From positions 4,208-68,207 of the forward strand of contig JAFGHD010000002.1 of NCBI GenBank assembly GCA_016939365.1: a stretch of 64,000 bases of DNA. The letters run 5' to 3'. Positions within the stretch are counted from its first letter, which is position 1. Each line of letters begins with the position of its first letter. A model generated the notes under the pieces. That model was not told the DNA's origin. It made no database searches and was given only the letters and a program-made list of their open reading frames with translations. Shown piece by piece: positions 47,701 to 56,460 of the stretch. The stretch comes from Bacteroidales bacterium. GTDB lineage: Bacteria > Bacteroidota > Bacteroidia > Bacteroidales > JAFGHD01. The translations under genes and the position numbers were made by a program.

Positions 47701-47815
47701 AAAGGAAGAGATCGAAAGACAGGAGGAATCTGAGCGAATGATGAAGGCTGTTCCGGATACCATGCCTGATCAGCCTGATCAGATCGAGATCGATGAAGGG
47801 AAAATACCCGAGTAG
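44711..47815 (+). CDS. very large tetratricopeptide-repeat protein (secreted)
   Basis: The ATG at 44711 gives a signal peptide (MKRLFIFIQPLFFLWLLIPLRSGGQ). More than 1000 aa of recurring TPR/YbgF-like repeats follow (for example DALFYLGKQEY, EARYGKMICSY, EAKYNLARIEY). Confidence 0.85.
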   Translation: MKRLFIFIQPLFFLWLLIPLRSGGQQSAYFEDPPARFRSALDLMEKEQFGQAREHFRWLQEHELPMGSRMLADAILYEGICAYELYHPDASRLLNGFIEKYPSDTRISDALFYLGKQEYRNRKWHSASRFFEKVDPEVLPDDSQDEYSFKWGYCYFQTEKFEEALRCLTRVKDGQGKYAAPACYYSGHIYYIQKSYDKALDEFMRLETDENFGSIVPYYILQIRFMQGDYNAVIRTGPALLEVATPKRTPEIARFTGLAYIRTAQYEKGLPYLLQFHESEGVQPERPDLFELGYALYRTGDHERASEYFEKAANGRDTIAQYAYYYLGDCYLQTGKRQFAGNAFMSSFKLGYDQDIREDALFLQAQLAYELSFDPYSEAIKSLKQYLNEYPDSPRNDEAYQFLYDIAISTGNYTEALLALERMKEKGQDHAKKLQKALYFKGVDLFHQQQFKEAADTFIQSAEAGPERDIAAAAYFWAGEAFFRNNEDDLAENYFRGFLRSPGAFHSDLINPAYYSLGYVLFRKKQYDEALIQFSKFTGNNQGRTKEMLADAYVRSGDCYFIRKDFQESIRWYDRAVDLESGEVDYALYQKALALGVLQKNDEKVRILQEMMVKYPRSTLLPDALYESGNTWLLLNDPEKGLMSFRKIITDYPASSHNVKAHLKSGLIYYNMDQNDLALSFFEKVVSGYPGTPESKEALVSIRNIYMAENRVDEFFRYVQNLAFADITQAEQDSITYMAAENQFMKGNCTSARISLEKYLERFPEGAYIAHASFYAAECYSGENNRDKALELYLQVIGLPRSRFTETALLKTARILLEQGRYEQSLNYFGELEQIAESRNNLTEARYGKMICSYRLEQYDQAIQNADILLTVDKISDEWKIDALLIRASSMMSLDRLDDAEAAFREVTKISRAEAGAEAKYNLARIEYVRGELPQAEKTVFELINQFAAHDYWVASGFILLADIYVQAGNLFQAKQTLQSIIDNYEGKDLITAARLKKEEIERQEESERMMKAVPDTMPDQPDQIEIDEGKIPE

Positions 47816-47861
47816 CATGATTGACGAGATGCCATCAACTGAAGAAAAGCGAAATCAAGAT

Positions 47862-49550
47862 ATGAAGATGAAATCCTTCTTGCTGCCGGTTGTCACAGGG
47901 ATTTTGTCCCTGGTCATTTCATCCGGGGTGTTCCCACAGCAAATTGTACCGGAAGAGATTGTTGTCGAGGCACCTTATCATCCGTCCCTGTCGGAAGCAA
48001 ACAAGATCGGACTGAGTCCCCTGCTGCCTTTACAGGCATTGGAAAAACCTGCATTCAATTATAAACTGCTTCAGAAATCCCCCGTTAACCAGGTGGTGCC
48101 GGAGCCTATCGTTCCCGCTCAGATCAAGGGGGAGTCACTGACCAGGCTCCGGAACAACTATTTCAGGCTGGGAATGGGTACCTACACCACACCTTACCTT
48201 GAGTTCTTTGCCAATACCACCCGGTCGAAGAAACATTCCGTGGGGGTACGCATCAGGCATCTCTCTTCATCAGGCAAAATCCGCGATTATGCTTACAGCG
48301 GTTTCAGTGATAATGAAGTAAAATTGGATGCAAAAAAACTCAGTCGTGATCATACCCTTTCAGCCGGCCTGGACTACCGGCACGACATGATCCACCGCTA
48401 CGGATTCAAACCCGCCGACTTCCCCGGCATCACCCTGAGCAAAGAGGACACAAGGCAAATCTACCAGCGGCTGGGTGTGAACGCAGGATTGATGAGCAAT
48501 TATACCGGGGACGACCGGATGAATCACGAGGTCAGCCTTGGATACCGGTATTTTGCAGACCGATACGAAACCAGTGAGCACATGCTTTCCGTTTCCGGAG
48601 GAGTGAACAGGCAAACCGGTTTTTTCGATTTTTCAAGCCGAGAGTGGATGGGCGCCGACCTGGAATTTACTTACTTCATTCACCAGGACACGCTGGTTTC
48701 CCAAAACACCGGATTGCTTGGTATCAAGCCCTATTACCGTTTGAAATTCAATTCCTACTCCTTCCGGGCAGGCATCAATCCTGTGGTGGAGATTGATTCA
48801 GTGACGCAAATGCACTTCTACCCTGAAGTTCACGCTGAAGTGGAAGTGATACCTGCCGCACTGATCACCTATGCAGGTATCAGCGGTAAAATGGAACGAA
48901 ACGGCATCAGTGCCCTTACTGAAATGAATCCTTTCATCCGTGTGGGAGCACCTCTCATGTTTACCAATCACAAGTTTGAGCAGTACGGTGGGATTAAGGG
49001 ACGGATCGGCCGTATCATTGATTTTGACCTGAATTTTACCAACAGCTCATTGGAGCAGCTCCCCTTTTTCATCCAGGATACCCTTTCCGCTCCCCTGCCC
49101 GGCCTGTTCAACCAGTATACTGTCGTATATGACCGAGTCAGGCGGTCAACGGTGAACGCCAACATCCACGGTAAATGGAAGGACCGTCTGAGTGCACGCA
49201 TACATGGTGCCTATCACAGCTTCTTCATGGATAATGAGGAGAAGCCCTGGCATCAGCCTGCGTTTGAGATGCTTTTTTCAGTATCGTATTCGATCGGAGG
49301 GAAAATCTTATTGCGTTCTGAACTAAAGACTTTCAGCAAGATGTATGCCCCTGATTTCAGTGGCACTTCTGAAGGGATAGCAGAACTATCAGGTGCTGCT
49401 GATCTGCACCTGGGATTGGAATACCGTTATTCACGCGTATTGTCCGCATTTCTGAATTTCAGCAACCTGCTCAACCAGTCCTACGAAAGATGGTACCAGT
49501 ATCCATCGCAACGCTTCAGCCTGATGGGGGGTATCACCTACTCTTTCTGA
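47862..49550 (+). CDS. putative outer-membrane beta-barrel protein
   Basis: The ATG at 47862/47868 gives a signal peptide (MKMKSFLLPVVTGILSLVISSGVFPQ). Amphipathic beta-strand patterns alternate throughout, and the C-terminus ...SLMGGITYSF ends in Phe as in OM barrels. Confidence 0.65.
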   Translation: MKMKSFLLPVVTGILSLVISSGVFPQQIVPEEIVVEAPYHPSLSEANKIGLSPLLPLQALEKPAFNYKLLQKSPVNQVVPEPIVPAQIKGESLTRLRNNYFRLGMGTYTTPYLEFFANTTRSKKHSVGVRIRHLSSSGKIRDYAYSGFSDNEVKLDAKKLSRDHTLSAGLDYRHDMIHRYGFKPADFPGITLSKEDTRQIYQRLGVNAGLMSNYTGDDRMNHEVSLGYRYFADRYETSEHMLSVSGGVNRQTGFFDFSSREWMGADLEFTYFIHQDTLVSQNTGLLGIKPYYRLKFNSYSFRAGINPVVEIDSVTQMHFYPEVHAEVEVIPAALITYAGISGKMERNGISALTEMNPFIRVGAPLMFTNHKFEQYGGIKGRIGRIIDFDLNFTNSSLEQLPFFIQDTLSAPLPGLFNQYTVVYDRVRRSTVNANIHGKWKDRLSARIHGAYHSFFMDNEEKPWHQPAFEMLFSVSYSIGGKILLRSELKTFSKMYAPDFSGTSEGIAELSGAADLHLGLEYRYSRVLSAFLNFSNLLNQSYERWYQYPSQRFSLMGGITYSF

Positions 49551-49551
49551 T

Positions 49552-51417
49552 TCAGTATTCCAGATATTCCTGGTAAACCAGTTGAAGGAATGATTTCCCT
49601 TCACGAATCAGCCTTTCTTCATGACCCGGGGAGATGTCCTTGCAATAAAACAAATCCAGGCGCTTGTCATAGAAGTAGTATCCCTCGGGCCGGATCCAGC
49701 CGATCCCTTCCTCAAATGCCACCGGTGCAAAACGGGGTGAACAAGGGTCCAACAGGTTGCGGCTCCATCGGAACTCTTCCGGGTTCATTCTTAGCTGTTT
49801 CAACAGTGTTGCCGGCAGATCGAACTGTGAACCCATGTGATCCTGCTTTATCCCCCGCCATTCATCCCGGATCACCGGTCCGGCAAACAGCATGAATATC
49901 CGGTGGTATTCCGGAGAATGGTAATCCCACTGCTTGTAGCTGTGATGTCCGTGATCCGCCATCAGGATAAACAGGGTACTGTCATACCAGTCTTTCTGAT
50001 GCACTTCACTGAAATAAGCCCTCAGACAACTGTCTGTATACCATGCGGAATTCAGGTACAGATTGTAATCCTGGTTATCAGGGATAAAATTCCTGATCTG
50101 CATGGGCATGTCATACGGTGAATGGGTTGAAAGTGAAAAAATGGCCGAAAAGAAAGGTTGGGGGAATTCGTCGGCTTCGGCTGCCTGATAATGGAACACT
50201 TCACCATCATGAATGCCAAGCTTCCCGGTCCTTAATTCTCCTTGGAAATCCTTTTGCTCAGTGATCCTTTCAAATCCATTATTCAGCATCAATCCTTTAA
50301 TGTTGCCGTAGATCAGTTGCCCACCAAAATAGAATGAACTGTAATAGCCTGATTCTTTGAATACAGAGATCATACTGGGCAGGAAGATGAACTTGTCGGG
50401 ATGGTATGTGATACAAGTCACCGGGTGAGCAGGCGCGCCGTTGAAAATACTGGCCATTCCCTGTTCCGATCTCGACCCGCTTGAGTAAATCCGGGTAAAA
50501 AGAACACCCTCTTGCTCCAGATCATGAAAAAAAGGCGTTACACCTGGCATCGCCCCAAGTGATTCGATCAGGTCGGCAGACCAGCTTTCGAGGATAAACA
50601 GCACGATATTAGGTCTGCGTTTTTTCAAAATATACTGTGTTGAATCACAATGCGGGTTGTATATGTCATGGAGGGTGTTCTGCGCATCTTTTGCTTCATA
50701 GAAGACGAAAGGATTCTTGTTCAGGTAGTTCTGGTTTTCATAAATACTGTGCCCCAGGTTGAAGAAGGAATTTGTCGCCGAAAGATTTAATATCTGATGC
50801 CTCGAAAAATATGCCTGGCTCTGGCTGATGGGTATAGGTTGCCATCCTCCCCGAATTCCGAGGAAAAGAAGACCGGGTGTCAGAAGGATGAACAGGGCTG
50901 AACCCAGAAATCCTTTTGTGATCCGTGGGATACGAACAAGGAAGAACCGATTGAAAGCAATGAAACCAATCGTGATTTCAATCCCCAGAATGGACAGCAA
51001 CAGGAAAAAAGTCCCTGTTCTGGCCGAATTATAGATCTCATCGGGACGTTGCAGGTAATTCAGCGCCTTGATTGTAATCTTGGTTTTCCATTCCCTGTAT
51101 ATACCGATCTCAGCAGTTGTGAGAACGGAATACAAGGCAATGACTATGAAGGCAAAGACCAGGAGTATCCTGTTCAGGATCACCGGGCCGCTTAACGCCT
51201 GCAATGAGAGAATAAAAAAAGGCAGGATCAGGATGTAACAGGTAGTTGCCATATCCAGATTGAAGGCATGATAGAATGAGAGCAGCACCTCCCGGAAGGC
51301 AATATCGTCATCTGAGAGCTCCTGTATGTGGTATATCAGGAAAACAGCCCTTATCATCGCAAAGAACAGTATCCAGAAAATGAATTGTCTGACCAGATGA
51401 CTGATAATCTTTAACAT
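49552..51417 (-). CDS. LTA synthase family protein (membrane-anchored sulfatase/phosphoglycerol-transferase-like)
   Basis: The ATG at 51417 (MLKIISHLVRQ...) is followed by about 5 TM helices, then an alkaline-phosphatase-superfamily domain (NIVLFILESWSADL, FILMADHGHH). Confidence 0.85.
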   Translation of the reverse strand: MLKIISHLVRQFIFWILFFAMIRAVFLIYHIQELSDDDIAFREVLLSFYHAFNLDMATTCYILILPFFILSLQALSGPVILNRILLVFAFIVIALYSVLTTAEIGIYREWKTKITIKALNYLQRPDEIYNSARTGTFFLLLSILGIEITIGFIAFNRFFLVRIPRITKGFLGSALFILLTPGLLFLGIRGGWQPIPISQSQAYFSRHQILNLSATNSFFNLGHSIYENQNYLNKNPFVFYEAKDAQNTLHDIYNPHCDSTQYILKKRRPNIVLFILESWSADLIESLGAMPGVTPFFHDLEQEGVLFTRIYSSGSRSEQGMASIFNGAPAHPVTCITYHPDKFIFLPSMISVFKESGYYSSFYFGGQLIYGNIKGLMLNNGFERITEQKDFQGELRTGKLGIHDGEVFHYQAAEADEFPQPFFSAIFSLSTHSPYDMPMQIRNFIPDNQDYNLYLNSAWYTDSCLRAYFSEVHQKDWYDSTLFILMADHGHHSYKQWDYHSPEYHRIFMLFAGPVIRDEWRGIKQDHMGSQFDLPATLLKQLRMNPEEFRWSRNLLDPCSPRFAPVAFEEGIGWIRPEGYYFYDKRLDLFYCKDISPGHEERLIREGKSFLQLVYQEYLEY

Positions 51418-51511
51418 AGGCCTCCCATTGGTCGGCAAAATTAACAAATATGATATTGGTACGGATTTCGCTTGTACTTTTACCATAAACAACAGAACAA
51501 TCCCAAACGGT

Positions 51512-52723
51512 ATGAAAAAGAATTTGATGATGCTCCTCGCTGCTCTTTCGCTGGCTTTGCAATCGCAGGGACAAGAACCGGATCAGACAATTACCTGTTC
51601 TGAGCAGGTGAATCACTTTGGCCTGGAGCTGTTCAGGGAAATCAGCCATGATTCGGGCAACATGGTCTTTTCACCCCTAAGCATTTCGGCCGCTATGGCA
51701 ATGGTATATGCGGGTTCCAGGGGACACACCGCACAGGAGATCAGCCGGGTGTTGCATTACAATCCGGAAATGGATACTTTCAGGGTGGAATACCCCGCTT
51801 TTCTGAAACAGCTGGGAAAGGATGATTTTGCGCTGAACCGCTTTGAAATGGTGCACTCTGCCTGGCCACAGACCGGTTATGATTTTTTGCCAGGATACAT
51901 TGATTTCCTTGATGCATCATTTGAAGCTGAAATCAATCATGTCGATTACCACACGACAGAAAGCAGGGAGCAAGCCATCCACCGGATCAACGGATGGGTT
52001 GATCAGGCTACACAAGGCAAGATACCTCAACTCCTGTCACCCGGATTGCTTTCACCGGAGACGCGTCTCGTTCTCACCAATGCCGTATATTTCAAGGGAC
52101 AGTGGCTGATCGGATTCGATACCCTGTTCACAAGTGCCGGAGCTTTTTATTGTGAACCCGGAAAGCATGTTGAGGTCGAATTCATGTTTTCTGAGAGTGA
52201 ATACAATTACTTTGAGGATTACGGGATACGTGGTCTGGAAATTCCTTATGCCGGTAGAGAATTTTCAATGATTGTTCTTCTTCCGGAAGATCCTTTGGGG
52301 GTTGACTCGCTGATCCGGGTGATCAATCCGGAGATCCTTGCAACATGGCAGGGGATGATGATGGGGGAACATATTAATCTCTATCTTCCGAAATTCAAGG
52401 TGGAGACATTGATCAAGCTTGAGGACATCTTTACGGGAATGGGCATGGTATTACCCTTTTCAGATCTGGCCGATTTTTCAGGGATGTCTTCGTCATGCGA
52501 TCTTAAGATTGATAAGGTCATTCACCGGGCCCTGATTGAAACCGATGAAACAGGTACGGAAGCGGCAGCAGCAACAGCTGTGGTCATGATGGAAACAGCG
52601 ATTGCTGATGAACCGCCTCCCCTGGAATTTAGGGTGGATCACCCTTTCATTTTTCTGTTAAAGGAAAAGAAAACAGGTGTAATCCTGTTTGCAGGGAGGA
52701 TCAACAATCCAGCAGGGACGTAG
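51512..52723 (+). CDS. serpin family protein, secreted, inhibitory-type hinge
   Basis: The ATG at 51512 gives a signal peptide (MKKNLMMLLAALSLALQSQG). Serpin blocks: FSPLSISAAMAMVYAGSRG, NAVYFKGQW, a reactive-centre hinge ETGTEAAAATAV and a C-terminal FRVDHPFIFLL. Confidence 0.9.
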   Translation: MKKNLMMLLAALSLALQSQGQEPDQTITCSEQVNHFGLELFREISHDSGNMVFSPLSISAAMAMVYAGSRGHTAQEISRVLHYNPEMDTFRVEYPAFLKQLGKDDFALNRFEMVHSAWPQTGYDFLPGYIDFLDASFEAEINHVDYHTTESREQAIHRINGWVDQATQGKIPQLLSPGLLSPETRLVLTNAVYFKGQWLIGFDTLFTSAGAFYCEPGKHVEVEFMFSESEYNYFEDYGIRGLEIPYAGREFSMIVLLPEDPLGVDSLIRVINPEILATWQGMMMGEHINLYLPKFKVETLIKLEDIFTGMGMVLPFSDLADFSGMSSSCDLKIDKVIHRALIETDETGTEAAAATAVVMMETAIADEPPPLEFRVDHPFIFLLKEKKTGVILFAGRINNPAGT

Positions 52724-52725
52724 CA

Positions 52726-53190
52726 TTAACAGATATCCAGGATTTTGATCTCCTTTCCGCGGAATGTGAAAGAATCTCCTTTTTTCAGGCCTTTCATCGC
52801 CTGGTAGAAGGGAACCTGAAGGGAAATGGCGTAGAAACAATCGCTGTCGTCAACCTTCACTTTGCCCAGCCCTACTGAGACGAATACATTTTGCAATTCT
52901 GTGATCACGAGTGCACCGAATGAAACGGTTTCATGGCAGATGCTAATATCTATCTTGTGCAGTGTTTCCAGTTGATCCAGCTCGGTCTGTAGCTTCTGTG
53001 CATACATATCCCTTCCACCCAGTAATTGCAGTCTCGAAGAATCGTAAATGTCCTTGGGCTGTTCATATTCAATGGCGCTGTTCTGAGCATCGCTCATGGC
53101 ATGTTCAATTTGTCTGATCTTGTCCACCTGCAGCTGCACACATGCCTCATAAACCTTCTTTTTAAGCAGCTGCGTATCCATCCTGAACAT
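52726..53190 (-). CDS. hypothetical protein with GreA/GreB C-terminal-like domain
   Basis: Coiled-coil N-terminal half. The C-terminal ...AISLQVPFYQAMKGLKKGDSFTFRGKEIKILDI resembles the IS..SP...AL.G...GD block of the GreA C-domain. The track start (53211) is a TTG; ATGs occur at 53190 and 53181. Confidence 0.55.
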   Translation of the reverse strand: MFRMDTQLLKKKVYEACVQLQVDKIRQIEHAMSDAQNSAIEYEQPKDIYDSSRLQLLGGRDMYAQKLQTELDQLETLHKIDISICHETVSFGALVITELQNVFVSVGLGKVKVDDSDCFYAISLQVPFYQAMKGLKKGDSFTFRGKEIKILDIC

Positions 53191-53300
53191 ATTGATTTGC
53201 TTTAACTTCAAATATAGCTATTTTCAACGAAGAATACAACAAAATATTTCAACATTTTTACCATTTTTGTGCCAGAATACCCACTTATCGATGAAAAAAG

Positions 53301-53849
53301 ATGGAATACACCTACCCTGAAGAACCGGTCTTTTCGAAGAATGTAATTGAAATGTTGACTGTGGCCAACGAATACTGCCTGTTCCTTTCGGAAGTGGAAA
53401 AATATGAAACGGAATATGTTTTCGATTACCTGAGGAAAATTTTCCCTCTGATTTATCTGAAGGCATCCCTCCTTCCGGATATCGAACCTACCGATCCGGA
53501 CAGCGATGAACGTTACATAACAGATGAGGAGTGGCAAACCATTTTCAATTCCCTGAATACCAAATTTGCCCGCCATAATGATTTCTGTATTGTAGATCCC
53601 TTCCAGCTGGCCGATCCTGCTATTGAAAACCAGAACCTGGCAGCGTGTTGTACGGATGTTTTCAGGGACCTGATGGACTTCATCAGGCAATATCAGAAAT
53701 CATCAATCCTTTCAAAGGAAAATGCCGTTCATGCGCTCCGGCATCAGATGGTAATCCGCATGGGCTACCGGTTATTGTATGCTTTCAATGCCCTTCATTT
53801 CATCGCCTTCGGTCCTGAAGACGGAGATATTTATTCCGGTCTTGGTTGA
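53301..53849 (+). CDS. conserved hypothetical protein (DUF5063-like)
   Basis: 182-aa ORF with ATG start, acidic and helical (VIEMLTVANEYCLFLSEVEKY..., IFPLIYLKASLLPDIEP). The family assignment is from memory only. Confidence 0.5.
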   Translation: MEYTYPEEPVFSKNVIEMLTVANEYCLFLSEVEKYETEYVFDYLRKIFPLIYLKASLLPDIEPTDPDSDERYITDEEWQTIFNSLNTKFARHNDFCIVDPFQLADPAIENQNLAACCTDVFRDLMDFIRQYQKSSILSKENAVHALRHQMVIRMGYRLLYAFNALHFIAFGPEDGDIYSGLG

Positions 53850-53899
53850 GAAGCCGTTCAAATCCCTGATGAGAAATTTACACCGGCATGTAATTTTAT

Positions 53900-53907
53900 T
53901 ATTTTTG
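53900..53907 (+). promoter_or_regulatory. candidate -7 promoter element (TATTTTTG) for feoAB
   Basis: TAnnTTTG match 29 nt upstream of the ATG at 53936. Confidence 0.35.
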
Positions 53908-53935
53908 TCGCAATTTGTATTAAATCTAAATTAAG

Positions 53936-56449
53936 ATGACCCTGTATGACCTGAATCAGGGTGAATCGGCTGTTGTATTGCGCGTTTTGGGGCATGGCGC
54001 TTTCAGAAAACGTATTGCGGAGATGGGATTTGTCAGGGGGAAGGTTGTCGCTGTGGTCAAAAAGGCTCCCCTGAAGGATCCCGTTGAATACTCCATCATG
54101 GGGTATAACGTTAGTTTGCGCAGGAATGAGGCCAGGATGATCGAAGTGATACCCGGTGACATTACCACGGATATCACCACCGGAGAAGTCAACGGAACAA
54201 CGCAGATTTCTGATGAAGGTTACAGGAAACCGGAGGATCATCTGGCACAACGGGTCATTGATGTCGCCCTGGTCGGGAACCCAAACTCCGGTAAAACCTC
54301 TATTTTCAATTTTGCATCAGGATCCCGTGAGCACGTTGGCAATTACGGGGGAGTCACTGTGGATTCCAAACAGGCCAAAGTGCACCTTAACGGCTACATG
54401 ATCAATATCATGGATCTGCCCGGGACCTATTCCCTGACCGCCTATTCCCCGGAAGAACTTTATGTAAGGAAATACCTGCTGGAATACCAGCCCGATTTCG
54501 TGATCAATATTATTGACAGCTCAAACCTCGAACGAAATCTGTACCTTACTACCCAGTTGATCGACATGGGCCTGCCTTTAGTCGTTGCCCTGAATATGTA
54601 CGATGAGCTTGAAAGCAAGGGGGATAAATTTGACCATGAAGCCCTGGGACGGATGCTCGGTATCCCTTTCGTCCCCACCGTGGGAAACCGTGGCAAAGGG
54701 ATCAGGGAACTCTTCGAGAAGATCATTGAGGTCTATGAAGATCGTGAAGGTGATGTCCGGAGGATTCAGATCAATTATGGGAGTCATGTCGAAGAATCCA
54801 TTCAGCGTCTTCAGAATCTGATCATGAAAAACAAGGGGTACACCGATCATATCTCCCCCAGGTTTTATGCCATTAAACTCCTTGAAAAGGATAAAACGGT
54901 CATGCAGGTACTTTCGAGACAGGCGAATGCATCTCAGATACTATCCGCATGTGAGGAGGAAATCCAACGCCTTGACTCACTGCTTCATGAGGATGCCGAA
55001 ACCCTGATCACGGATGCCAAGTACGGTTTTATTGCCGGAGCCCTGAAAGAAACATACAGGCATGACAGCAGCAGGAAGAACCTGAAGACCGAGACAGAGA
55101 TCATCGACACTTTCATCACTCATAAGATTTTCGGTTTCCCGGTATTCATCCTGTTTCTCTGGGTTATGTTCCAGGCCACATTCAATTTGGGAGATTATGC
55201 AAAGCAATGGATTGAGGGTCTGGTACATGTTACTTCAGGATTGGCCGGCGCTTACCTGCCCGAAGGGATCGCCCGTGACCTGATCAAAAATGGCATTATC
55301 GAAGGTGTGGGCAGTGTTATTGTCTTCCTTCCCAACATTCTGATCCTTTTCTTTTTCATTTCACTGATGGAAGATACCGGGTATATGGCCCGGGCCGTAT
55401 TCATCATGGATAAGGTTATGCACCGGATCGGGCTGCATGGCAAGTCGTTCATTCCACTTATCATGGGTTTCGGGTGCAATGTACCTGCCATCATGGCCAC
55501 CAGAACTCTGGAAAACAGGAATGACCGCATCCTCACCATGTTGATCAACCCCTTTATGTCATGCAGTGCCCGCTTGCCGGTTTATATTCTCATCATTGGC
55601 GCTTTCTTTCCCGCTCATCAGGTGACCGTCCTGTTCCTGATCTACCTGATCGGAATCCTATTCGCCGTGATCATGGCACTGATCTTTAAGCGAACCCTTT
55701 TCAGATCTGAGGAGGCTCCCTTTGTTATGGAACTCCCACCCTATCGTATTCCTACCCTGAAGGCTACACTGTTGCATATGTGGAACAAAGCCTCACAGTA
55801 TCTGAAAAAAATGGGAGGTGTCATCCTTATCGCGTCGATCACTATTTGGTTTTTGGGCTATTTCCCAAGGAACACAAATGAAACGGCAGACCTTGACCGG
55901 CAGATTGCCTTGCTTCAAAGCGAACAGCCGACAGAAAAACCGGCTGCCCAAATGAAAGAATCCGCCGCAACCGTCAGCCACGACTCTCTGATTGTTGTCC
56001 TGACTGCTGAACGCGACCGGATTCGGTTCGACCAATCATTTATCGGCCAGATCGGGAGGTTGATTGAACCCGTCATGCAGCCTCTTGGATTTGATTGGAA
56101 AATGAGTGTGAGCCTTTTGGCGGGTGTGGTAGCCAAGGAGGTGGTGATCAGCACCCTCTCTTTGCTCTACCAGGCTGATCATGATGATATTTCCGGATCA
56201 CTCATTCCGAAGCTGCAAAGTGCGCGTCATCAGGATGGACCAAGGACAGGCCTTCCTGTTTTTACTCCGGTGGTAGCTTTTGGATTTCTGATGTTCATCC
56301 TGCTTTACTTCCCCTGCGTTGCAGTCGTTGCTGCCGTCCGTAAGGAATCCGGCAGCTGGAAGTGGGCCTTCTTCCTGGTAGGTTATACAACCCTCCTGGC
56401 ATGGATCACATCCTTTGTAACATACCAGCTGGGGAGTTTGCTCTTTTGA
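53936..56449 (+). CDS. feoB: ferrous iron transporter FeoB with N-terminal FeoA fusion
   Basis: N-terminal FeoA-like SH3 domain (LNQGESAVVLRVLGHGAFRKRIAEMGFVRG), G-domain (GNPNSGKTSIFN, DLPGTYSL) and a polytopic gate/permease domain. Confidence 0.95.
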   Translation: MTLYDLNQGESAVVLRVLGHGAFRKRIAEMGFVRGKVVAVVKKAPLKDPVEYSIMGYNVSLRRNEARMIEVIPGDITTDITTGEVNGTTQISDEGYRKPEDHLAQRVIDVALVGNPNSGKTSIFNFASGSREHVGNYGGVTVDSKQAKVHLNGYMINIMDLPGTYSLTAYSPEELYVRKYLLEYQPDFVINIIDSSNLERNLYLTTQLIDMGLPLVVALNMYDELESKGDKFDHEALGRMLGIPFVPTVGNRGKGIRELFEKIIEVYEDREGDVRRIQINYGSHVEESIQRLQNLIMKNKGYTDHISPRFYAIKLLEKDKTVMQVLSRQANASQILSACEEEIQRLDSLLHEDAETLITDAKYGFIAGALKETYRHDSSRKNLKTETEIIDTFITHKIFGFPVFILFLWVMFQATFNLGDYAKQWIEGLVHVTSGLAGAYLPEGIARDLIKNGIIEGVGSVIVFLPNILILFFFISLMEDTGYMARAVFIMDKVMHRIGLHGKSFIPLIMGFGCNVPAIMATRTLENRNDRILTMLINPFMSCSARLPVYILIIGAFFPAHQVTVLFLIYLIGILFAVIMALIFKRTLFRSEEAPFVMELPPYRIPTLKATLLHMWNKASQYLKKMGGVILIASITIWFLGYFPRNTNETADLDRQIALLQSEQPTEKPAAQMKESAATVSHDSLIVVLTAERDRIRFDQSFIGQIGRLIEPVMQPLGFDWKMSVSLLAGVVAKEVVISTLSLLYQADHDDISGSLIPKLQSARHQDGPRTGLPVFTPVVAFGFLMFILLYFPCVAVVAAVRKESGSWKWAFFLVGYTTLLAWITSFVTYQLGSLLF

Positions 56450-56460
56450 AATTGCAACGG

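Noticed and set aside
51418-51511. Apparent head-to-head overlap of the serpin ORF (from 51428) and the LTA-synthase-like ORF (to 51492)
   Set aside because: This is an artefact of longest-ORF calling. Both proteins have much better starts, at the signal peptide at 51512 and at MLKIIS at 51417, which leaves a normal 94-nt divergent promoter region.
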